Positions 9,370 through 17,349 of a DNA stretch of 64,000 nt are shown piece by piece. The notes beneath the pieces were generated by a model, which was not told the origin of the DNA, made no database searches, and was given only the letters and a program-made list of their open reading frames with translations. Positions within the stretch are counted from its first letter, which is position 1. Each line of letters opens with the position of its first letter. This DNA is from Promethearchaeota archaeon (lineage in GTDB: Archaea; Asgardarchaeota; Lokiarchaeia; Sigyniarchaeales; SOKP01), in the NCBI GenBank assembly GCA_019894975.1, contig JAGXNO010000006.1, positions 1 through 64,000 of the forward strand, given 5' to 3'. The translations under genes and the position numbers were made by a program.

Positions 9370-9973
9370 CTTGATTCTAAAATTATGATAATCTCTTAAT
9401 AATTAATGAATTACGATTTAATAAATATTTTTAGTCAGCACAATATTCATTAATGGGGGAAGCCATTTCTAGTATCTCACATCAGTTTCAAGAATTCTTT
9501 TCCAAGAAAGACAATATCTTCTATAGTTTGATTTTAGTATAGGACTTAATAACTTCGAGTAAGTATGGTAGAAAAAGCAAAAAATCGGAAACCATGAATC
9601 TTAAAATTTAAAAAAGAGGAGACGTATTTTTTATTTATCTAATAACAGGGTTAAGGGTTGAGGTATTTAGCCGATTGCTCGACTTTAGGTATAAGAATAT
9701 ATTGTCGTTTCATGGTGTTCCGATCTTTTATTTTAACAATATATGTTGAATTTTTCTACTATTTAAAAATTTCCTTTTTTTCTTATGACAAAAGTGAAAT
9801 GGATCTTAGATCACTCGTTATGAGTTTTACAAAGATATTACCTCTCTAAATCTCTAAACCGTTAAAAAATTAAACAATTATTATGAATAAATTCTACATT
9901 TAAGAAAAGATTTAAATTAAATTAGAGTCTATTTCTATATTAATCCAATTCTTATGAGGAACTAAGAGCCAAA

Positions 9974-10356
9974 ATGGACAATTGTAAGTATTGTGGTCAA
10001 GAACTTCAAGCAAATTGGATTGTGTGTCCTCATTGTAGAACACGGATTTTTGATGAGCGTTATAAACCTAATGATACTCTTTACTTAACACATGATGGAG
10101 ATCCTGATAAAAATATAGGTGGAATTTTGTTGATAGTTGGAGTTCCCTTGTTCTTATTCTCTTTAATCATGCTCATCAGTAATTTATATTGGATGTCATA
10201 TCACTTTCTCAATATGGTAATAGAGGTTTATATGACATAACTGTAGCAATTTCGGGGGGATTATTAATCATTAGTGTAATTATTATATTTTTTGGAATTT
10301 ATTTGAAATTAAAATACAAAAAGGCTACAACCAGATCTAAAATCCGATCCCTCTAA
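9974..10356 (+). pseudogene. Zinc-ribbon membrane protein, apparently frameshifted
   Basis: ORF 9974-10240 has CKYC..CPHC and one TM; an overlapping frame open 10183-10356 encodes a second TM and basic tail (ITVAISGGLLIISVIIIFFGIYLKLKYKK). Confidence 0.55.
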
Positions 10357-10394
10357 TTTCATTTAAATAGAAGGATGTAAGTATTAATTAGCAT

Positions 10395-11588
10395 CTATGA
10401 TTTGTTCAATTTAGGGAGATATTTTTCATTCGAGAGTTCTATAAGAGAATTAGTATAATCAATGATTTTTTTTGCGATTTCAGGATTTCGAAGCATTTGA
10501 ACTTCAACTTTTTCTCCCCTATCCCATAAGAGGTATGGAGTATCTTCATTGGGAATTTCCTTCTTAATTTCTTTGATCCAAGCATCAGGCAGCTCATTTT
10601 CTATCTCTACTTCAAGCATTTTAGCTAAAAAGATAGTCCAGGCTCTTGGAACAACAGATAGTAAATATCCTCCTCCCCCAAATGCAATCCATTTATCTTG
10701 ACAATAATCCTTAGCACTCGTCTTCATAGTCTGGGCTATATCTCGGTAAACCGATAAAGAAAAACCCATCTGTGTCAAGGGGTCGTCAAAATATGTATCA
10801 ACACCCAACTGAGTTATTAAAACATCAGGTGCATACGCTTCTAATAATTTTGGTACTGTTCTCCTAAATAATTTGATAAAAGATTTATTATTGGTTCCTG
10901 GAATAAGAGGAAAATTAATCGAATATCCCTTTCCTTCGCCCTCTCCTGTTTCATTTACAAATCCTGTGCCTGGAAAGAGAAATCTTCCATCTTCATGAAA
11001 CGATATAGTTAAAACGTTAGGATCATCATAAAATAACCATTGAACACCATCACCATGATGACAATCGATATCAACATACGCGATTTTCATATCTCTTTTA
11101 AGAGTTTTTAAATGATGGATAGCCACAGCAATATCATTAAATATGCAAAAACCTGAGGCTTTCTCTCTCGTTGCATGATGAAGCCCACCAGCAGGATTAA
11201 ATGCTATTTTAATCTCTTCTTCATTCCATACTTTATCTGCGGTAATAATACTTCCTCCGGATATTAGAGCAGAAGCTTCATACATTCCTTTGAAAATCGG
11301 ATTATCTCCCGGTCCCAGCCCATAGAGATACGGAGATATTGATCTATCGTTGGGATTTTTACCTAACTTCTCTACAACATCAATATACGTAGGTGAATGA
11401 ACTCTTTCTAACTCTTCTCTGGTCGCCATTCGAGGCTCTAGAAGCTCCAATCTTTCGTTTTCCAATAACTTGAGCTTTTCCATAAGACTATAAGTCAATT
11501 TAAGTCTTAAAGGTCTCAAGGGATGATCTTTCCCGAAATTGTATTTTTGATAGTCTTCGGTATAAATTAGTCCAACTTTATCCACCAT
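10395..11588 (-). CDS. acuC: Histone deacetylase family protein (AcuC-like)
   Basis: HPLRP.RL, GGLHHA, SGFCIFND, DIDCHHGDG, FPGTG, GVD..DDPL, GGGGY. Confidence 0.9.
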   Translation of the reverse strand: MVDKVGLIYTEDYQKYNFGKDHPLRPLRLKLTYSLMEKLKLLENERLELLEPRMATREELERVHSPTYIDVVEKLGKNPNDRSISPYLYGLGPGDNPIFKGMYEASALISGGSIITADKVWNEEEIKIAFNPAGGLHHATREKASGFCIFNDIAVAIHHLKTLKRDMKIAYVDIDCHHGDGVQWLFYDDPNVLTISFHEDGRFLFPGTGFVNETGEGEGKGYSINFPLIPGTNNKSFIKLFRRTVPKLLEAYAPDVLITQLGVDTYFDDPLTQMGFSLSVYRDIAQTMKTSAKDYCQDKWIAFGGGGYLLSVVPRAWTIFLAKMLEVEIENELPDAWIKEIKKEIPNEDTPYLLWDRGEKVEVQMLRNPEIAKKIIDYTNSLIELSNEKYLPKLNKS

Positions 11589-11785
11589 GATAGTAAGTAA
11601 AATTATGATTACTATAAATTTTTTTTACATATTTTATAAGACTCAGTTTCGATATTCATTTATCTCTCTGGAAACTTTGAGAAAAAAATAGTAATATATA
11701 AGAGAACTTGTATTATCAAAATAGCATAGGAAAAAATAAATATGTAAAATATAGTTCATACAAAATTATTTTATTACTCTGAAGA

Positions 11786-12340
11786 ATGAGCGTCACCTTT
11801 CGAAAATTTATAACTCGGGTTGGACAAGAGTCTGAATTTAAACCTCTTAAGAATCAGCTACTCAATTACTTGAAAAAAGAAAGCGAAAACAAGTATAAAA
11901 ATTATCCGAGATTATTAAAACTCATGAAAGATTATTGGCCTCAATATAAAGACCGATCGCGTATATCTCATCTTTTAACTGAACACCATGAGGAAATTTT
12001 TACATTCTATTTGAATAGCTTTTTTCACTTTCGAAAACGAGGGCTTTCATATGAAGATCCAGAAGCACCTACCCCCGTTGATTTTAAATTAGTGTTTAAA
12101 TATCATTATAACTCGGAAGAAATCAAGGTGGTTGAAGATGTAATGAAAGAGTTAAAAATTGAAGCTAATACCGAATCAATTCTCAAACGAGTTTTTATTT
12201 TTGCGGTAAGTTCATTTGGGTATATGGTAGAACAAATTTTTGGAAGACCATTTGCCTTTCAATTTTTTGATATAACCGCAAATCCTCTTCCTAATGACGA
12301 ATGTGAAGTAGTGGCTATAATCTCAGGTAGAGAGCAATAA
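11786..12340 (+). CDS. Hypothetical protein (C-terminus weakly V4R/Bet3-like)
   Basis: 184-aa ORF ending VEQIFGRP...NDECEVV. Confidence 0.55.
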   Translation: MSVTFRKFITRVGQESEFKPLKNQLLNYLKKESENKYKNYPRLLKLMKDYWPQYKDRSRISHLLTEHHEEIFTFYLNSFFHFRKRGLSYEDPEAPTPVDFKLVFKYHYNSEEIKVVEDVMKELKIEANTESILKRVFIFAVSSFGYMVEQIFGRPFAFQFFDITANPLPNDECEVVAIISGREQ

Positions 12341-12351
12341 TAATTGTATTT

Positions 12352-12771
12352 TTATTTTGTCAAAAATGAACCTAAATCCATCATCTCATCACCACGTTGG
12401 ACTTGAATCTTACTTCTTATCCCTTTAGCTTTACGCTCAAGATATATAATAGCATCAAGAGGAATCTGTTTTGGAACACCGCCTCTTTGTTGAATGATTG
12501 CTAATAAATAGTCTATACTTTGAATTACTTCTGGATTTATTAATTCATTATATATTGCTCTATATACATTTGGTTCTTTACCTTTTATACTATTCAAATA
12601 GTTATAAGCTTCTGGAGCTAATACTATTTTAAGCACGTATTCAACTTTATCCGTAATCGAAACAACCCTTTCCTTTACAAGCTCTTGTTGTTTTTTAGCA
12701 TCCATTATAGCTTTCATTTTTTTCATGCGTATTTTGTCTAGCTCGTGTTGTTCTTTATCGCTTTCATTCAT
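12352..12771 (-). CDS. PDCD5-related DNA-binding protein (divergent)
   Basis: ELDKIRMKKM...VLKIVLAPEAYNYL..IK..EP resembles PDCD5 ELEEIRxRRL...LTPEARERL. Confidence 0.55.
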   Translation of the reverse strand: MNESDKEQHELDKIRMKKMKAIMDAKKQQELVKERVVSITDKVEYVLKIVLAPEAYNYLNSIKGKEPNVYRAIYNELINPEVIQSIDYLLAIIQQRGGVPKQIPLDAIIYLERKAKGIRSKIQVQRGDEMMDLGSFLTK

Positions 12772-12925
12772 ATAGGTGATAATCTCCTTTGACCTTATCG
12801 TTTGATATAATAGTTTTGTAATTTCTTCAAATACTTAACGTCTTAATTTGATCAATGGCGCTTAGAATAATAATTTTGTGAAGAACTAATGCTAACTTCT
12901 TATAACTGATCTATGATTTATTTAG

Positions 12926-12931
12926 AAAAAA
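12926..12931 (-). terminator. Oligo-T terminator after tRNA-Tyr
   Basis: TTTTTT directly after the encoded CCA on the minus strand. Confidence 0.6.
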
Positions 12932-13085
12932 TGGTCCCTCCCCCCGGAATCTGGTTGGACCTGACCTAGATCCATATTTCGAGCCGGGGACCGCTCGGTA
13001 ACGGCTGACGTAACTTCATTAGCTACAAGCTTTAGTACGCGATTTTATCTACAGCCGAGCACTCTGACCACTGAGTTAGGGAGGG
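12932..13085 (-). tRNA. trnY: tRNA-Tyr(GTA) with two introns (37/38: 13048-13000, 49 nt; 59/60: 12977-12949, 29 nt), encoded CCA
   Basis: Acceptor CCCTCCC/GGGAGGG + A73 + CCA (C1-G72, archaeal Tyr identity); D-stem ACTC/GAGT; anticodon stem CTCGG/CCGAG with GTA; T-stem CCCGG/CCGGG. Removing both introns gives 76 nt. Confidence 0.92.
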
Positions 13086-13382
13086 ATTGTGTTTTAAAAT
13101 TAAATAATAATATACCTAATTTATTTTTTATGTTTTTAGATTTGGTACCTATACTAACAAAATTTTTTTGAGATTATTTTTGTACCCACAAATATCTTGC
13201 TTTGGTTTAAGAAAACTTCAAATAGGTTTACTTTATAAGAATATTAACCAAAAAATTTCCCAATAAAAAACGCAAAATACTTTTGTTGTGAAAAATTTTT
13301 ATTGATGTAATAAATATTTTTATAAAAAATAAGTACAAATAACTATTACAATTTGAAGTAAATATTTTATTATATCACTATA

Positions 13383-13387
13383 GGTGA
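13383..13387 (+). promoter_or_regulatory. Shine-Dalgarno-like GGTGA overlapping the called GTG start of the E2 gene
   Basis: TAGGTGATTATCATTAGA; the same TAGGTGA precedes the ferredoxin ATG at 7869. Confidence 0.45.
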
Positions 13388-13902
13388 TTATCATTAGAGA
13401 AGAAACAGATTATACTGAAGCTATCGAATCATATAAAAACGAACCGTCGGTTATTTTAGAACCATGGGGTCGAAGTATTGATCACTTACGCTTAACCATC
13501 ATAGGTAAAAAAGGAACTCCTTATGCAGATGGCAAATTCATTTTTGAAATAAAATTTCCAGACAATTATCCATTCGCTCCCCCATATGCTTATGCTGTTA
13601 CCTTAATGTGGCATCCTAATATTGACAGTTCCATTCCACCTGGTAAGCTTAACATTTGTTTAGATTTAATTAATCCTGACCTGGTGGGTAAAGTTGATGC
13701 TAGCACCGGCGCATCTGGGTGGACTCCAAGTAAAACCTTAACTAATATAATCGAAGCTCTTAAGGGCATGATGTTTTACGAAGCTCCGTTTTTTAATCCA
13801 GGAGACCCCTTAAACCATGAGGCAGGAGAGCAGTATTTTCGAGCCTTGAAGAAGTTCGAAAGTAAAGCATCTGATTGGACTAAGAAGTATGCGATGGATT
13901 AG
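13384..13902 (+). CDS. Ubiquitin-conjugating enzyme E2 (catalytic Cys present)
   Basis: GTPYADGKFIFEIKFPDNYPFAPP, WHPNI, NICLDLI (Cys92), WTPS.TL, DPLNHEA. Confidence 0.93.
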   Translation: MIIIREETDYTEAIESYKNEPSVILEPWGRSIDHLRLTIIGKKGTPYADGKFIFEIKFPDNYPFAPPYAYAVTLMWHPNIDSSIPPGKLNICLDLINPDLVGKVDASTGASGWTPSKTLTNIIEALKGMMFYEAPFFNPGDPLNHEAGEQYFRALKKFESKASDWTKKYAMD

Positions 13903-13918
13903 GTAAGGAGCTTAACCC

Positions 13919-13945
13919 TTTTTTTATATTCTATTTTTATTTTTT
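13919..13945 (+). terminator. T-rich terminator after the E2 gene
   Basis: TTTTTTT..TTTTT.TTTTTT 16-43 nt past the stop codon. Confidence 0.45.
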
Positions 13946-14080
13946 AAATTTCAACCTTTATGACTAAAGAAATTTCATAGTTAATATTTTTTTAATTAAT
14001 TAAGCATCCTAAATTCTTATAAACATAGGATACCTATTTTTTTTCAATCAAAGATTATATCATCAAACTACTCTTTAAAT

Positions 14081-14635
14081 ATGAATACTTCAATATTAGA
14101 ACAACTAGGAGAGTTGGAAAGTTACAAAAGTAAAAAAATGACCATATCAGAACGATTCAACTTGGCTTCATTGGATGAAACGATGGATTTAATGCAAGGG
14201 AGACGCGAAATTAATTCTACCCAATTAATTAATGAAGAACCTATTCTATTGCTGATTCTAGCAACTGGTGGGGTACTTCTATTCTCTCACTCTTTTGCTG
14301 ATGAATGGAGATTCGATAGTGAGCTCTTTGGAGTTTTTTTAGCTGCATTAAATTCTATTAGTGACGAAATATTTTCAGAAGGGCTTGATCGAGTCAAGTT
14401 TGGGCAACATACTGTTCTTATGGAATCAATCGCAAATTTTTCAATGTGCTATCTGTATAAAGGGCAAACCTATCTTGCTAAACAAAAATTAACAAATTTT
14501 ACACTTCTTGTCCAAGAGAATGATTCAATAGAAAAAATTCTCGAAAAGTTCGAAAAAACTAGTCAGGTACTTCAATTAAATGACTTTCCTTTTCTTAAAC
14601 CATTAATCACTCAAATTTTTATAGAAAATAATTAA
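14081..14635 (+). CDS. Longin/roadblock-like domain protein (possibly a 5'-truncated remnant)
   Basis: LLLILATGGVLLFSHSF ... LFGVFLAALNSISDEIF ... LDRVKFGQHTVLM: the beta-beta-helix-beta pattern of longin folds. Confidence 0.55.
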   Translation: MNTSILEQLGELESYKSKKMTISERFNLASLDETMDLMQGRREINSTQLINEEPILLLILATGGVLLFSHSFADEWRFDSELFGVFLAALNSISDEIFSEGLDRVKFGQHTVLMESIANFSMCYLYKGQTYLAKQKLTNFTLLVQENDSIEKILEKFEKTSQVLQLNDFPFLKPLITQIFIENN

Positions 14636-14738
14636 GGAAAGTCAAAGGATCATGTTATATTATCAAGCCATCTTTCTTAAATATATATTCCAAATATTTA
14701 AAATAATAAATGGATTAACCTAAATACTCAACCTTATA

Positions 14739-15620
14739 GTGGTTTCATTGATTAAAAAATCAAAGGGATTAAAGACCAAGTTTATCGACAACACTAAATT
14801 TAAGATTTCTGCCTTTAAAGATGATTTAGCTAAGAGATCTATGAAGATAATCCCGAAAATGTTTAAGGGTATTCAAAAAGCTAGGAGAGATTATAAAGAA
14901 GAGATCAAAGACCTACCTCAAGAACTAAAAACTGCTCCAGAGGAATTTTGGGAAGAAATTGTTAAGGAAGCAAAATCCTTAGGGATTGACTTGATTGGTT
15001 TTGCCCCTATAGATGAAAATTTGATCTTCGAGAAAGATTATACTGGCAGTATTGAGTTACTCTATGAAAATGGCATTGTATTAGGGATGGAAATGGATTA
15101 TGATGCCATTAGCACAGCACCTAATCCTCCTGCGGGTTTGGAATCTCTAAGAATCTATGCTGAATTAGGAGAGGCCACAAATAAACTTGCAGATTTCATT
15201 CGGTCTAAAGGATATAGAGTTATTGCGTGCCATCCTTTAGGTGGTCCAATTCTTTATCCTGCTATGGCAGTTAAGGCAAAATTAGGTAAAATAGGAAGTC
15301 AAGGGCTCTTGATCACTAAAAAATTTGGTCCAAGGCAAAGATTATCATTAATATCTATTAATGCCAGACCACTTCCAGAAATAAACCAAGAAGAATTTGA
15401 GATTTCAGAGTTTTGTAAGAAATGTAGAAGGTGCATTAATTTTTGCCCTGTTAATGCTATTTTAGATGAACCTGTGGTTAATGAAAATGGAACTATTACA
15501 CGAATAGATAGTGAAAAATGTTTTGAATATTTCTATGAAACAACCGGCTGTTCTGTGTGTATAGAAAAATGTCCTTTTCACAAAGTAGGGTATAAAGTGT
15601 TGTTTTATAGGCGGATATAA
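14739..15620 (+). CDS. Cobalamin/4Fe-4S reductase of the reductive dehalogenase / QueG family
   Basis: AKSLGIDLIGFA, AVKAKLGKIG, FGPRQRL, FCKKCRRCINFCP, CSVCIEKCPF. Confidence 0.8.
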   Translation: MVSLIKKSKGLKTKFIDNTKFKISAFKDDLAKRSMKIIPKMFKGIQKARRDYKEEIKDLPQELKTAPEEFWEEIVKEAKSLGIDLIGFAPIDENLIFEKDYTGSIELLYENGIVLGMEMDYDAISTAPNPPAGLESLRIYAELGEATNKLADFIRSKGYRVIACHPLGGPILYPAMAVKAKLGKIGSQGLLITKKFGPRQRLSLISINARPLPEINQEEFEISEFCKKCRRCINFCPVNAILDEPVVNENGTITRIDSEKCFEYFYETTGCSVCIEKCPFHKVGYKVLFYRRI

Positions 15621-15628
15621 AAATCTAC

Positions 15629-17227
15629 CTACATAAACGCGATAACCACGTTATACTTTTTTATTTCTGATTCTGCTAATGCTGTTCCTAATGGGCTCAA
15701 AGTAATAACATCATTACTTTTTATTTTTAGAGCAGTCAGTTTTATATCTGGGTCTTTCAATGATGGCATATATGGATTCCAATAGATTTCCTTAGTCATT
15801 GGGTTTGTGATCATCCACAGTTCTGAATCTAGCTTATGTCCTGATATCTCCATTGCCTGAAATATGTAAGCTACATTTGCATCAAAAGGAACTACAATTT
15901 GAACATTTTCTTCTCCCTCTATTTTCCCACAAGCAAGGCAATCCTCTCTTTTTAGAATATTTAAGTGATCAAATTGACCATAAATACCATTATAATTGAC
16001 GTATGAAGGATCCATCGGAGCACCTATATTTCTTCCATTAACTCTAAATAGAAGTTTTAAGGCTTCCTGAGATTCAATGCTAGAGATAACAGAACTAACT
16101 GTTTGTATAGCTGCAATTTTATTCCCTAAAATATTTTCCATTTCCTCAAATTTATAATCTGGACCGAATGTTTCTCTTATGTTTTTCTTCCAATCTTCAA
16201 TTTGGTCATCAGTTAAAGTTTCTCGTTCTTCAATAGGAATGTTTTCATCAAATACTCTTTCTCTTAATTTTTCTAATTCAATTTGGGCTATTCCTTTTAA
16301 CTTAAGTACTTCATCATTTAAATTAAGATCCGGTTTATGTCCATATTTTTTTTCAAATTCCACTTCAGCCTTAATAACGCAATGATTTCTGTTGCGAGGT
16401 AGTCCTTTTAAAGTGCATGCAGCGACTAATTTATCATCAGCAGGAGGAATTGGAACCAAACACCTGTAGCAAGGCGTTTGATCTAAAATTTCAGGTGCAA
16501 ATTTCCAATCAAATACCATTTCAATTTCCTTTCTAATTTTGTTTACTATTGGATCCATTCTTGCACTCTTAATTCGATCAATTTCTTCTTCTAATAACTC
16601 AATTTCTCTTTGAGCTCTAAAATAATCAGGATATTCATTGTCTGATAACTCCCATAATCTTGCTTCTACTAAATTTTCGATTTCAATATCTTTTTTTTTA
16701 TATCTTAAGCCTGCACCTTCAGGAATTACGACTTGTACATGCCCTTCAAAACCAAGTGTTCCACCCTCAACCATGGGTTTTTTCATTCTAAGGCAAATTT
16801 TATTCAAATCTAATCTGGCGTTAAAATTGTCTAAAGCCGCGACAACTACATCTGATTCTTCATATACCGACATAGGTAACTTTTGGAGCTTTTCAAAGTA
16901 AAAATCGATATTTAAATAGGGATTCATTTCTTTTAATCGTTCTGCTGCAACTTCTGCTTTTGGACGTCCCTCATCTCCCGGGCGAAATAACATTTGGCGA
17001 GATAAATTAGAAGTTTCAATGGTATCAAGATCCACTAATATTAATTTGCCTATACCCATGAGAGCGAAATCTTTTGCAATCTCGCAACCTAATGCACCAA
17101 CACCAATAATCAATATACACCCTTTATCAACAACTTCCTGATCCCATCCATCAATCAGCTGTTGTCGAGCATACATACGTGCTTTAACAATATCTTCAAT
17201 CTTTTCGGTCATACTAAAAATCCTCAT
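15629..17227 (-). CDS. Ubiquitin-like activating enzyme E1 (ThiF fold, catalytic-Cys domain, C-terminal ubiquitin-fold domain)
   Basis: YARQ, GVGALGCE, DLDTIETSNLSRQMLF, LDN..AR, CYRC, ACTLKGLPRNRNHC, GNKIAAIQT, CLAC. Probable start ATG at 17212. Confidence 0.92.
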   Translation of the reverse strand: MRIFSMTEKIEDIVKARMYARQQLIDGWDQEVVDKGCILIIGVGALGCEIAKDFALMGIGKLILVDLDTIETSNLSRQMLFRPGDEGRPKAEVAAERLKEMNPYLNIDFYFEKLQKLPMSVYEESDVVVAALDNFNARLDLNKICLRMKKPMVEGGTLGFEGHVQVVIPEGAGLRYKKKDIEIENLVEARLWELSDNEYPDYFRAQREIELLEEEIDRIKSARMDPIVNKIRKEIEMVFDWKFAPEILDQTPCYRCLVPIPPADDKLVAACTLKGLPRNRNHCVIKAEVEFEKKYGHKPDLNLNDEVLKLKGIAQIELEKLRERVFDENIPIEERETLTDDQIEDWKKNIRETFGPDYKFEEMENILGNKIAAIQTVSSVISSIESQEALKLLFRVNGRNIGAPMDPSYVNYNGIYGQFDHLNILKREDCLACGKIEGEENVQIVVPFDANVAYIFQAMEISGHKLDSELWMITNPMTKEIYWNPYMPSLKDPDIKLTALKIKSNDVITLSPLGTALAESEIKKYNVVIAFM

Positions 17228-17349
17228 TTTATCTAAATATATTATTATAATTTAATCATCCAAATATAAACTCTTTCAGTTGTTTAATTAAAGTATAAGG
17301 AATCAGTAAAAATATAATATAATATAGAATAAGAGAAAAATCACAATTC

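Noticed and set aside
9658-9849. 63-aa plus-strand ORF in the intergenic gap
   Set aside because: TTG start, Phe/Ile-rich composition typical of AT-rich non-coding DNA, no motif.
12932-15620. tRNA-Tyr as the attachment site of an integrated element
   Set aside because: No duplicated tRNA 3' end and no integrase seen in the window.
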